From Sphaerodactylus townsendi (taxonomy: Eukaryota), in NCBI RefSeq assembly GCF_021028975.2, contig NC_059432.1, forward strand, positions 6,448,001 to 6,512,000: DNA of 64,000 nucleotides, in the 5' to 3' direction. The notes beneath the pieces were generated by a model that worked only from the letters and a program-made list of their open reading frames with translations, was not told the origin of the DNA and made no database searches. Both the position numbers and the translations under genes were made by a program. This document shows positions 36,311 through 48,444 of the stretch, piece after piece. Numbering within the stretch: position 1 is the first letter of the stretch; each line of letters begins with the position of its first letter.

Positions 36311-38528
36311 CTAGTCTTTCCTTGAAGGACACTGCAAGTTCTTCTAGAACAAGAAAGGGGGGGGGGGAGGAACAAGTCAAAGGTGGAGAAGAAGGGGTGG
36401 AAGAGACAAAGAAATGCAAACAAATGCTTGAGGGTCTTGAGTAGGAACTCTGTGTCCTTCTGTGGAGACAGTCAGGGCTTCCTCAGAGCCCCCTGCTGTG
36501 AAGTCTGTGTTATCTGTATTACTTGGCGCTCTTCCCAGACTGGCCCGGTCCGACGTGTGAAGGTTACTGTGGGGGACGGGCCAGAGTTCTCTTGGACATT
36601 TTACTTCAGTTTTTATCTCATTGTTCACAAGCCTTTGAATGGAGCCTCAGCCTTTCAATAAAGATCCTATTCTTCTACAGAGATTCTGATTGTCTGGTCT
36701 AATTCTTGACACCTGCAGAGGGTGGAGAAAACAGTTGCCTGGCCTGCTCCTGGTTGGCCACTCCCTGGAGATTTTGGAGTTGGAGGCCGGGGAGGGCAGC
36801 ATTTGGGGAGGGGCCTCAGCAGGGCATAATGCCACAACGTCCACTTTCCAAAGCAGCCTCTTGCTCCAGGGAAGACAATCTCTGTAGTGTGGAGATCAGT
36901 TGCATTTCCAGATGTTAGGTCTCGATCCCTAAGCCAGTAAACAGGCTCTGCGTTGTTGATCAGTAGCGTTTATTGATGAGGCATCAAAGTACTGAAGCTT
37001 GGCAAAGCCAGTTTTGACAAACCTGGCCTTTGCCATTCCTTTTATCCCCCCAAGAATTTGTGAATAACAGTCCCCAGAGCTAAGGCACCCCAAGATTGAC
37101 AACAGATAGTGGGAGAAAGCCACCTGGCTTTCATGAGATAGCGGATGCGGCTCCATCTCTCATGGGACCAGGGTGTCAGGGGAGCCTAGTTATCTACAAA
37201 GTGTATGAAACCATAAAATAAAGATCAAGGAAAGAATGTCCCAGATGGCAGTGGTAACATATAGCAGATTGGTTACACATATCTTTTAGCAGCATTGAGT
37301 TGTAGCTTCAAACAGTTTCATTGAGGTAGGAATGCATCTAGAGGAAATAGCAGATTCAACAGCAGTGGGGGGTGTCCCGTGGCATTGCACCCTCACTGAG
37401 CTCCCTTTCCTCTCCAAATTCTTTCTTCCTCCTGTTGGAAGTAGCAACATCTAGCATACAAACGGACTGAAAAGACCTAGCAAGTGGGCAGCTAGAGAGG
37501 GCTGTAAGGTTAGAGACCTGTCCATCCTTTAGTGTCACCTCTTGTCGGTCCTTAAGCTGATACTTAGGTCTAGTTTCCTCCTCCTTCTTGGAAGTTCTGT
37601 TCTCCCTCCTCCCCTGGCTAGCAAGGGTAGCAATGGGCCATCCCTGTCTGTCAGTTTTCCAAATAATTGATCTTTGTTTTTTAACTAGCAAGTCTGCCAG
37701 TGCCACAAAAAGCATTTGGCCCCTCTGCCAACACCCCAGGCACTATTCTCAAAGCCCAAGTTGGAGCTGGCAACTCCATCTGCCTCTTTGAAACCAGAAA
37801 AGCTGCCTCTGAAGGGTTGGCTAAAAACGGAGAAACTGCAGGCAAGAATCTCTTAAACCCCCTTAAAGCCTTTTCCCTTCCCCCCACTCATGGGCATTTC
37901 AATGCACATTTCCCTGCATTTCAGAAGAGCTGCTTGGTGGGTTGGTGTGGAAGGATGAACGGCTGAGGGGGAGGGAAGATAAGCCCCCTGCCACCATTTC
38001 TCTGACCCCAAACAGCCTGAAAGTGATTTTTCGATTTTTACAGAAGGCTGGGTTTTTTTCCTTTGTAAAATTTTTAACTGGGGTGATGTCATCTTTGGTC
38101 CTGATGGTGAGTTTGCCGTTGTTATTTTCTTGGAGGGCAAATGCCTGAGGCAAAGTGGGAACACTGTCTAAAAAGCTGGGCTCTCTCTCTCTGAGGAGAA
38201 GACAGCTGTGGGGAAAAGCACATTCCAGGGGGCCCTGACATTACTGTTTTACCTGCGACCTGGAAACCCTCAGAGCCCAGACACCCAGAAGAGGGCTGTG
38301 AGGACCCAAATGCAGAGCAGGGCAAAAACAGAAGCCTCCGCCTCGCTTCCTCAGAACGTGCTTTTAGTGCCCCCGCTCAGCATCACCGATACTATTAGAA
38401 ACCTCTGTGAAAAGCAGAAATCAATCTGTCGCATCTCGGGATGGATTCTCTCAGGAAAGGGCGCCCATTAAGTCATCACAAAGTGCTCACTGATGTGTCA
38501 AGAGAAAGATGATAAATGAATATCTTAC

Positions 38529-38708
38529 CGTGGAATTGTTGACGGCAACAGCTGAGAGGCAGGCCTGGTGCGCAGGAAGCTGGGCGAGGCGAATCAGCCG
38601 GTGCATGTCCCAGATAATGGCGGTCCGGTCGTCAGAGCCGCTCACCACGATGCCGTAGGAGGCTGAGGAAGCCAAGCAAGTCACGGCCCCATGGTGTCCG
38701 TACAAAGC
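38529..38708 (-). CDS. WDFY4: WDFY4 WD40 exon (ALYGHHGAVTCLASSASYGIVVSGSDDRTAIIWD...VNNST)
   Basis: cacag acceptor, gtaaga donor, 180 nt, phase 0-0; canonical GH...SGSxDxTxxxWD repeat. Confidence 0.95.
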
Positions 38709-38759
38709 CTGTGGCCAGAGAGAGGAAGCAAAGGCCGCAGCCCAGGGAAGGTTCTCATC

Positions 38760-39178
38760 CAGGGGTAGGGAACCTGCAGCTCGAGAGCCGCATGCGGCTC
38801 TTCTGCCCTTGCACTGCGGCTCCACGAGCCAAGCCGCTGGCCCCATCCTTGCCCGCCCTGCAGGCAGCAGTGCGGGTGCACCAACTGCCCGCAGCGGGTG
38901 CACCAACTGCTGTCTCGTTTGCCCCATTGGAGCGGGTGCTTTCCCAGCGGCCGGCGAGGCCGAGCCGCTGGCCCCATCCTTGCCTGCCCTGCAGGCAGCA
39001 GGGCGGACGCATCCATGCGCTTCTCAGAATGAGTGGAGTAAAAGGTAAAAAAACCCCAATATATACAGTGTTATCTTTATTTTACATGTCAAAAATTATT
39101 TGTGGCTCCAGGTGTTTTCTTTTCCCATGGAAAACGGGTCCAAATGGCTCTTTGAGTGTTAAAGGTTCCCTACCCCTG
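38760..39178. mobile_element. Non-autonomous hAT (Charlie/Buster-like) element
   Basis: Perfect 16-bp TIR caggggtagggaacct / aggttccctacccctg; subterminal gagccgcatgcggctc palindrome; internal direct repeats; TSD not preserved. Confidence 0.85.
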
Positions 39179-39821
39179 GTAGCCAGTCTCAAGAGGGCTG
39201 CCCCTGTTGCAACGGCAAACCTCCTATTCCCCAGGAAGAGAGATTCTGCCCTGGGGAGCAAAGAACAGGGGTGGAGAGAAGAGAGGCACCTCTCCTGCCC
39301 TGTCAGTAGGCCAGGGGTTCCCAACCAGTTTCAGCCTGCGGGCACCTCTGGCATTCTGACACAGCATGGTGGGCACGCCCCCAAAATGGCTGCTGGGGAG
39401 GACGAAGCCAGCCACACAATCCCAGGGAGCCAGGCCAGATCTAATGGCAAAACCAACATTTCACCCAGCAGAAGCTGTGTTTAACAGGATGGCCTTTACT
39501 CTGAACAGCTAGCCAGACTCCCTAGTGGGCAAATGCCCATCAAGACCATCCCATTTTCTAAAAGCACTTGGAGGGCGCCACCACAGATGTCAGCAGCTGC
39601 CATGATGCCCACGGGCACAGGGCTGAGGACCCCTGCCAGGCAAGCATCTGGAAGGCCCAGGTCAAAATTCCCACACTGCCCTGGAAGCTTGCTGGGTGAC
39701 ACTCTGGGCTAGCTACATACTCAGCCTGCCTACTTCACAGGGTTGTTGTGAGGGTCAAATGGAGGAACAAAACATTAGGCCAGTCTCACTTTGATTCTTC
39801 ATTGGGAAAAAGTGAGATAAA

Positions 39822-40683
39822 GGCCCTTTCCCCACTTTCCTTAAGCCCCGCGCTACTCTCCTAAAGTAGTGCGGGGTTCAGCTGCCCTCCCCACTTCAGG
39901 GGCGGCGAGAACACAGGGTCACTATCCACTCACCATAAGCCGCGGGGTCACCTCTGTAAAAGACGCGGGGATCCCGGACGCTCCCCACATCACCGGCGCT
40001 CACTGCGCAGCTGCCCGGGATTTGCCGCTCTCCCACCTCCTTGCCGCGCGGCAAATTAGGTCCTCTACGAAGAGGAACATTTTCAAAAACCCCGCGGCAA
40101 GGAGGTGGAAGAGCGGCAAAGACTCCTCCAGTGAACTGACAGGAGCGCTCCAAACTCGGCCCGGGAGTTGGCAACGGAGGGGATTTTCACGGAAAGCGAA
40201 AGCAGCCACGACGACGGAGAAGGGAGGGGGAAGAGCGAGAAGGAGGGGGGAGGAGTAGAGCGAGAGGCCGAAAGCGAAACCGGCCAGCAACAGCAGAAAC
40301 CACAAGAGCAACAGCAACAGCAGGGAGAGATCCCCGTTGCTGTAGCACCTGCCGAGAGACAAATGACAGAGACGCCACCAGTGTCCAGGGAGCGAGTGGG
40401 AAACAAATGTCTCCGTGGTCAAAAGCCACGGAGGCTTTTCCAGGCGGGGGCGCTGCGGGGTTGCACAGTAAGAGGTGAGTGGATAGTGACCCGCAGCCGC
40501 CCCGATGCTGCTTCTCTCACGCCCCCTCGACGCGCGGAATTTCTGGCACCTTTTCAAATGGCGCCTTTCGACGACCCCGCGCAGAACGCGGGGTCGTGGG
40601 GATGCCAGGGCGCGCGGCAGGAATTGCGCGCGCCGGGAATTGCCCGCAGCAACCCTCGGGCAAAGGTGAGTGGGGAAAGGGCC
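39822..40683. mobile_element. CpG-rich Harbinger-like element containing a nested TIR element (39916-40492)
   Basis: Outer perfect 15-bp TIR ggccctttccccact; inner perfect 19-bp TIR gggtcactatccactcacc. Confidence 0.85.
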
Positions 40684-42003
40684 ATAAATAACATAAATAA
40701 ATGTAAATAAAATGATAGATCAGTATTCCCCTCGGACACATTTTTCAGCTGAAGAGACTACTATATCATGCTCACTTTTTTGCCTTGCAGGAAGAAAAGG
40801 TGTGTGTGTGTGGGGGGGGGGGAGTACCTCTTGGGGAGAGGCAGCTTGAGGTGGGGAGGAATGCAATTTCCAGCACAAAAGACGCACAGAAGCTGAGAAA
40901 GTCTAACTTGTCTGTCCAGCTCTTCTCCAGCTCTGCCGTCTTCCTTGCTGTGCTTTCTAAAAAATTCTCCAAGGAAAAAACTTGGCACAACTTGCATCCA
41001 TGTGGAATTTGGATCTCATGCGCCCATAATATGGAAACAGTTCAGAAGGAAATCACTTGCTATCTTTGTTCTGAGGCTACCCAGCCTCTCCAAGGTCAGC
41101 TTTGTCCCCAAATTGTAAGGTCATTTTCTCCATGACATCAGAAAGAAAATGAATGACGTTGAATTTGGTTTCCTGAAATATTTGATAGGATTCAGCATCA
41201 CTGGAAACTTTCATTACTATGTACAACCAGCTGCTTTCAAAGGACATGCAGGAACCTGTTTGGCCTTCCCAGCAGCAACTTCAATAACCCGACCTCCCTT
41301 TCTGCCTCTGCTGAAATTCAATTGGCCTTGAAGCTCCTTCTCAAACTAGTTAATGATTACAATATAAGAACACTAAAAAAAACTTCAAATAAATGTACAA
41401 CCTATGCTGAGAATTTTACAGCAAAGAAAAAAAGAACAATTCCTGGCAGATCCACTTCTACAGTGAACGGTTTTTCTGCCAGGAAGCAAGACTCTCTACG
41501 CTCAGAAGGGAGATCAAAAGTCAGGGTGTTGTTCCCCCAACCCACACAAATGTCCGGGGCACTGAGGGTTGCCTGGAGATCTCCTGGCATTACAACTGAC
41601 TACCAGTCTACAGAGATCAATTCCCCTGGAGAAAATGGCCTGCTTCAGAGGGTGGATTGTATGGCAACATACCCTGCTGAAGTCCCCCATTCTCCACCCT
41701 CTCCAGACTCCACTGCCCAGTCTCCAAGCATTTCCCAACCCACAGTTGGAAACCCTAACTTGTAACCTCCGTCCTCAAGGGCAGAAACGGAGAAGGTGCT
41801 CCACACAGTCTCCAGGGCTCCGACCACTGAGACGTGCAACGGTGAAAGTCAGAAGGCTAAACTGAGCCTGAAGGTTGGCTGGGGATCACAGCTGCATGTT
41901 GAAATGCGGCTTGATAGGATCTGTTCAGCTGGGGCCTCTGAACAGGCTCTCTTCTCTGTCTGGACTGAACAGGCTCTCTTCCTCTGTCTTCTGAGCAGGC
42001 CAG

Positions 42004-42272
42004 GGCCCTTTCCCCACTCACCTTAAGCCCCGCGCTACTCTCCGCAAGTAGCGCGGGGTCCCATTCTCCTCCCCGTCCAGGCGGCAGCAGCAGCCGCCCC
42101 AGCAGCTGCAGCTCTTCGCCAGCTCAGCCTTGGCGGCATCCCTGGCTAGCAGCGAAGCGCCTTTGGCAGGCAGGGGGCAGCGAAGTCGTGGGGAGCCTTG
42201 AGCCTTAGCGCTAGGGATGCAGCTCAGAGCAGCAGCAGCGACGGCGGCAGCAAGAGAAGTGGGGAAGGGGCC
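42004..42272. mobile_element. Harbinger-like MITE related to the outer 39822 element
   Basis: TIR ggccctttccccact / agtggggaaggggcc; 3-bp TSD cag; shares the ccccgcgctact...agtagcgcgggg hairpin. Confidence 0.85.
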
Positions 42273-43738
42273 CAGGACACCAGCTGCCCCTGAGGAGGAG
42301 GCGGGAGAGGTGCGTGAGGGCTTTCCTGCTGACACGCCGCTGTGCGCTGAGACGCGGCATTTTCACCCTGAAAGCCCTTGAATTAGCACAGCTAAGGGTG
42401 GATATTTGCTTAATATGGGGGTTTAAAGATGCAAGTAGAGGAAACTCTATGGTTGTCAACTCTGGGTTGACAAATTCCTGGAGAATTTTTTTTTTTGGGG
42501 GGGGGGTAAGGACTGGGAAGGGTGGGGTTTGGTGAGGCCAGGAACCTGAATGGAGTAGAATGCCAGGCGGCCCACCCTCTGAAGCGGCCACTTCCTCCGG
42601 GAAAATGGATCTCTGCAGTCTGGAGGCCAGTTGTAGTTCTGGGGGATCTCCAGGCCCCACCTGGTGGTTGGCAACTGGAGGGCAGCTGTCTGAATGTATG
42701 AGAAAAAGAGTTTGGAGGTGCTGGAGGGATTCCAGGCTACGTGTCCCTTCCCTCTCTGCACTCATCCATCTCTCTCATTTTGTTCCCTATGTTTCTCTGG
42801 CTCCTTTTGATCTTTGGGAAACTCTGGAAGAGCTCTGGAAACCCCCACTCCCTCATCACAGTTAGAAGACATCACAGAGCAAAGGGCATGGTCCACCTCT
42901 CAAGAAGGGGTTGTAGCCTTGCCTTCTAGGCCCAGGCAGTGAGAATTTAACAGGGACATATTATGCTTCAACCTCTTTCAGGTGACCCTATAGGCATGAT
43001 AAAAGCAGAGGTGTTTTGTCATTGCCTGGCTCTGTGAATCAACCCTGGACTTCTCTACTGGTCTCCCACTCAAGTACTAACCAGAGCTGACCCTGCTTAG
43101 CTTCTGTGATCTGAAGAGACTGGGCTGTCCTGGGCCATCTATGTCAGTGGGACCTACCCGTCCCTCCTGACCCAGCAAACGTGCTGTGATAATAAAAATA
43201 TTTCTCCGTAATATTGCCAAGCCCAAAGCACAGGCTGCCAAAGACACGAGAAAGTGGAATCAGCTACGGACCAGAAAGAAGTCTGGGCCCAGGCCTCTTT
43301 CTGTGGGCTCCCTTTGGAAGAAGAAGAGTTTGGATTTATGCCCTACTTTTCACTACAATTAAAGAGTCTCAAAGCGGCTTACAAACTCCTTCCCTGCTTC
43401 TCCCCACAATAGACACCATGTGAAGTAGGTGGGGCTTAGTGAGTGTGTCTGCACTCCAGCCCAAGATAGACCTGTGTCTAGCCCAGGGGTAGGGAACCTG
43501 CGGCTCTCCAGATGTTCAGGAACTACAATTCCCATCAGCCCCTGCCAGCATGGCCAATTGGCCGGCGGGGAGCTCAGAGTGTAGTTCCTGGCTATCTGGA
43601 GAAACACTGGAGCTAATAGGGCCAAGCAGGCTTGCTTCATGTGGGAGGAGTGGGGAATCGAACCCGGTCCTCCAGATCAGAGTCCACTGCTCTTAACCTC
43701 TGTACCATGCTGGCTCTCAGACTAGACTAATTCTTATA

Positions 43739-44605
43739 GGTGGATTTTGCACAGCATGAATATAACGTTTTTAGGATGTTATAAAAAGGTCTGTCTTGGG
43801 ATTCTGTGTTTCCACAGCACAGGAAAATGCAAGTGTTGCCAGCCAAAATGAACCTTTTTTTCCCGCCTGCTGCATGGACCTATTGCAGCTTCACAGGGGC
43901 ACCCACGATTTTGTGTGCTGCAGTAGAGTTTCTGTGGAGATTCCGCACGGAGGTTTCCACTGCTTGCAGCTAATCCTTTTGCTATTTCACTGTCAAAAGG
44001 AGATGAATAAAGTTTGTTTAGCCTGGCAATCCTGTGCACATATCGTTTTTCTGGAGTTTTTGTTTTGTTTTGAGGGGACTGTCTGAGAAGTTATGGCAAC
44101 ACAAATGTGTGCATGCTGCAGCTTCTCTATCATGTTGCCACAGCTTCACAGACAGCCCCCTCAAAACAAAACAATATGTGCACGGGATTGCCAGGCTAAA
44201 CAAACTTTATTCATCCACTTTTGATAGTGAAATAGCAAACAGATGAGATGCAAGCAGAGGAAACCTCTGTGGGGAATCTCCTGCAGCACTGAAATCTCCT
44301 GCAGCAAATAAAATGGCAGACACAAACAGCAGAAACAAAAAGTAAGAGGTTTCAGCGGGAGAAATAAAGTGTTTCCTGCCCGCTGATGTTTGTTCAGCAG
44401 GCAGCAATCATCCTCAACCCAAGTTGCATGGTGGGGGTGGGGGTGGGGGGAGAAAATCACTAGTTTAGCACTCTTTGAAAACTCCAGGTTAAGTGGAGTA
44501 TAATGGGCTGAAGTCATTTTGGGGAAGAACCTTGTGGGAAGTTCTTCCCCAAAATACTTTTTATAACACCTAGAGATGTTATATTTGTGCTGTGCAGAAT
44601 CCACC
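43739..44605. mobile_element. Harbinger-like element with long internal palindrome
   Basis: TIR ggtggattttgcacagca / tgctgtgcagaatccacc; 3-bp TSD ata; inverted arms of about 170 bp across 43935-44285. Confidence 0.85.
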
Positions 44606-44708
44606 ATACTGCAATCTAACTCACTGCCTAGAGGAAACATTGGTTCTGCAGAGAGCAGTTGCTGCCTCTTGGTTCCTGTGGTCCAGACCCCAAGCGGAGA
44701 TGCTTTAC

Positions 44709-44867
44709 CTTCTTGAGGCACAAGCAAGCTCCTCCATTGCTGGTCATGGAAAGTTCCCAGGCGCACACCACAGAGCTGCTGCTGGAGGTGATGAGCATGG
44801 TTGGCTTGGGGCACACGGCAGCAAGGGTCGATCCCCAGTCCGCAGGAGCTTCGAAAGTGGCGAATTT
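44709..44867 (-). CDS. WDFY4: WDFY4 WD40 exon (KFATFEAPADWGSTLAAVCPKPTMLITS...VVCAWEL...LCLKK)
   Basis: ttcctgcag acceptor, gtaaag donor, 159 nt, phase 0-0. Confidence 0.92.
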
Positions 44868-45321
44868 CTGCAGGAAGAACAAAAGGAGGGTCGGGGGAAG
44901 ATCTGAAAAGAAGATCAGCTGGTGGCCACCTGGGGTGGGCGTGGTCTCTTTTCCACTTATGTAACAGAACATCCTGGGAACAGAGTAGGACAGAGAGGGA
45001 GCCCAGATTTTATCTGGTGTTATAAGCAGCCAAATGTTTTGTTTTTTAAAAAAATTTGGGGGGATCATGGGTGGCATTTGAACAAAACGTTAAATACTTG
45101 GGTTATATATTGCTTTTCTCTTTGGTTGAGAAACAACTCCCTGTTTCATTTAATATAGACTCCATGACCCAAGGGCTGGAATCCTCCCCCATTTTCACAT
45201 GGCAGCCTCAAAAGAGGTGGAAGAGGCTGAGGTTGGTTGATAGGTAGGTGGTCCAGTTCTTAAAACCCTGTTTCTTCTACAGGCTTTCACTGGGATGGGC
45301 TCCCCTTCTCTCTCTTTTTCA

Positions 45322-45700
45322 TTCCAGCTGTTCGGGCCCTGCAGGACCTTGATGAGTTCCGCAGGGCCTGTAAAACTGAGTTGTTCCACCGGGCTTTTGG
45401 AGGCTGGCCGCAGATTGGCTGCCCCCTGATGAGAGCCCCTGCCATGTGTCATCTTCTTTAGCAATGCCTTATACTGACTCCATCTTTTGGCATTGCTGCC
45501 CCTCCCACCCTTGGGACCGGGCGCCACTTACAGGGAACTTGGGTTGATTCTGTTTTATGACTTTGTACGCTGCTACTGTTTTTAAGATTTGTTTTAAATG
45601 ATTGTTGAGTATTATGTGTCGTAAACCGCCTAGAGCCCTCCGGGGATGAGGCGGTCTACGAAATTTAAACAAACAAACAAACAAACAAACAAACAAACAA

Positions 45701-45744
<44 letters not shown>

Positions 45745-45760
45745 ATAATAATAATAATAC
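45322..45760 (+). mobile_element. L2 3' end followed by compound (AAAC)n(TAC)n(TAA)n microsatellite
   Basis: Similar to 32830-33170; further L2 fragments at about 1925-2240 (+), 4230-4640 (-), 17370-17510 (-) and 47190-47800 (-). Confidence 0.8.
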
Positions 45761-45799
45761 CTCCCCTCTGGAATGATTCGACTATTCCTCAACAATATA

Positions 45800-46225
45800 G
45801 CGTCCAGATCAAGGGATATGATAGTACCTCTCCATTCTGCACTGGTCAGACCTCATCCAGAATGCTGTGTCCAGTTCTGGGCACCGCAATTCAAGAAGGA
45901 TATGGACAAGCCAGAACAAATCCAGAGGAGGGATTGGTAAAAGGTCTGGAATGCATGCCCTTATGAGGAGAGACTTAGGGGGATGGTATGTTTAGTCTGG
46001 AGAAGCGAAGGTTAAGGAGTGGCATGATAGCCATGTTTCAATATTCGAAGGAATGCCATGTTGAAGAGGGAGCAAGCTTATTTTCTGTTGCTCCAGAGAC
46101 TTGGACCAGGAATCATAGGTTCAAGGTTCAGGAACGGAGATTTCACCTGAACGTTAGGAAGAACTTCCTGATAGTCGGGGCTGTTCAATGGTGGAATGTG
46201 CTGCCTTGGAGCGTGGTGGAGTCTC
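45800..46225 (+). mobile_element. CR1 3' ORF2 fragment
   Basis: FSLEKRRLRS..AMFQYSKECHVEEGASLFS; similar to 10125-10645. Confidence 0.85.
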
Positions 46226-48286
46226 ACAAAACCAGATCCAGAGAGAGAAATCACTCTCTTTCTGCTGCCCATCAAGCTATCAACGGGCACCTTAGGAAAC
46301 GTAGAGTCTTACTGCATTAACTTGACTATTGGGCTTGGAAAGTTTTGTCAAGTCACCAATCTTATGGTGATCCCTTAGGGTTTTCAAGGCAAGAGATGTT
46401 CACAGGTGGTTTGTCGCTGCCTGCCTCGGCATAGTGACCCTGGATTTCCTTGCAGATCTCCCATCCATGTACTAACCAGCGATGACCCTGTTTAACTTCT
46501 GAGATCTGACAAGGTCAGGCTAGCCTGGGTCATTCGGGTGAAGGAAAGAAACATTCTGAGGTGGTTTGCCATTGCCTACCTCTGCATAGCAATTCTGGAC
46601 TTCCTTCCATCCAAGTACTTAGTGTCCAAGATATGAAGAAATTGGGCTAGCCTGGGCCATCCAGGTCAGGGAACATCCCTGCGTAGGTAGTACAGATCAG
46701 GGTTCATTCATTGGTACTAAGGGAAAAATTGAGCAGACCTCACAGTGCATCTAATCACAAGAAACAGGTTCAAATCTCCCGAATGGGGCTGCAAAATGCC
46801 GCCAAGGCACAGTTGACATACAACAACCTTGTAGGATTTTCAAGGCAAGAGAGAGTCGGAGGTGGTTTGTGATTGTTTTGCATCACAACTTTGGACTTCC
46901 AAGGTGATCTCCCATCCAAGTACTGAACAGACTAATGCTGTTAGTTTCCCTGATCTGATGATACCAGATTAGATTGGACCATCCAGATCAGAGCAACGTG
47001 GCTATTGCCAAATGTTAAGAAGGAAGAGAGTTTGGATTTATTCCCTGCCTTTCACTGCTGTAAGGAGACTCAAGGAGGCTTACAAGCTCCTTTCCTTTCC
47101 TCTCCCCACAACAGGCACCTTACGAGGGGAGTTAAATTAAATTAAAAGTACAGTACAGTCCTCACTTACCCCCTGGAGTTACCCTGATTTGTTTGTCTCT
47201 TTATTTGTTTAATTCAGCTTCTAGGCTGCCTTTCTCCACATGGGCTCAGGGCAGCTTATGACATCGATATAAACATTAAAACCTATAAGCATTAAAACAA
47301 TCCACGCAAACATTAAATTCATCTTGGCAACGTTCAATTAGACTTGGCGGGGGGGGGGGGGGGCAGGAGCCATCTCAGCCTCTTCCACCAATCAGACATT
47401 CATATATCATTCAAAAGGAAGGGGGATGGAACAGAACACAATGGGAAAACAGGGAAGGGGGTGGGAAAGAAAGAAGGGGGAGAGGGAAAGGAGAAGGGGA
47501 AATTGGAGACCAGCTGGCTGGTAAACCGTTGCAGCCCTCAACTATAAGCCTGGTGGAACAGCTCCACCTTACAGGTCCTGCAAATTGCAATAAGTGCCAC
47601 AGGGCCCAGGTCTTATTTGACAGGGCATTCTGCCACGTTGGGATCAGAGTCAAGAAGGCCCTGGCCCTGGCTGAGAACAACCACACATCTTTCGAGCCAG
47701 GGACCATCGGGAAATTGTTACTCACTGAACAAGGGGCTCTTTGGGGAAAGTAAGGAGAGAGAAGGTCCTGTAGATATAAAGCTCCCAGACCACTTAGTCT
47801 AGGACTACTGATTGCCCAGATCCTAAAGAAAATGAATGGTGGGAAGGAAATATGGTTGCCAACTTTGGGTTGGGAAATTCCTGGAGATTTGGGGGTGGAG
47901 CCTGGGAGGATTTGATTTGGGGAAAGGAGGGGAAGAACCTTGGCAGGATATAATACCAAAACGTTCACCCTCCAAATAAGCCATTTTCTCCAGGAGGACT
48001 GATGTATCTAGTTTAGAAATCAGCTGTAGTTCTAGGAGGTATCCAGGCCCCGTCTAGAGACCAGCAACCCCAAGAAAGTGGTACAAGCAAAGAGGGAGGG
48101 AGGAGAAAGCTCAGAAAGATGAAACTGCAGCCCACCTTGACGTCAAGGACTATCAGTTCTGCATCCAGCATGGTCTTCTCGTTCCTAGGTACCAGCCCTA
48201 GCCCTAGACTTCAAAATGCACCCAAGTGGCCTTAGACTGCTGTTCAGGAGATCCCTTGCATCCCAGAGAAATCTACTGTGAATTAC

Positions 48287-48444
48287 CTTATCTGATCCAT
48301 AGACTGCCAGGCAGCAAGTGAAGTCATCAAATCCCCAACAAAAGACAGTGTTCCACAGTGGAGGGAGCAACATTTTGTTCTTTTCTACAGCCAAAGCCCC
48401 TTTGTCGGTGCACACGATATGACCCACGGGTCCTTGAGGTGCAT
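48287..48444 (-). CDS. WDFY4: WDFY4 exon (D-APQGPVGHIVCTDKGALAVEKNKMLLPPLWN...WGFDDFTCCLAVYGSDK)
   Basis: ctttgcag acceptor, gtaatt donor, 158 nt, phase 1-0; matches the recalled WDFY3/4 post-BEACH segment. Confidence 0.94.

Noticed and set aside
38711-39484. 257-aa plus-strand ORF antisense to WDFY4
   Set aside because: It spans two hAT MITEs and has no protein-like features.
40168-40710. 180-aa Q/E-rich ORF and overlapping ORFs as a gene
   Set aside because: They lie within a GC-rich TIR element where stops are rare; no recognisable domain or splice structure.
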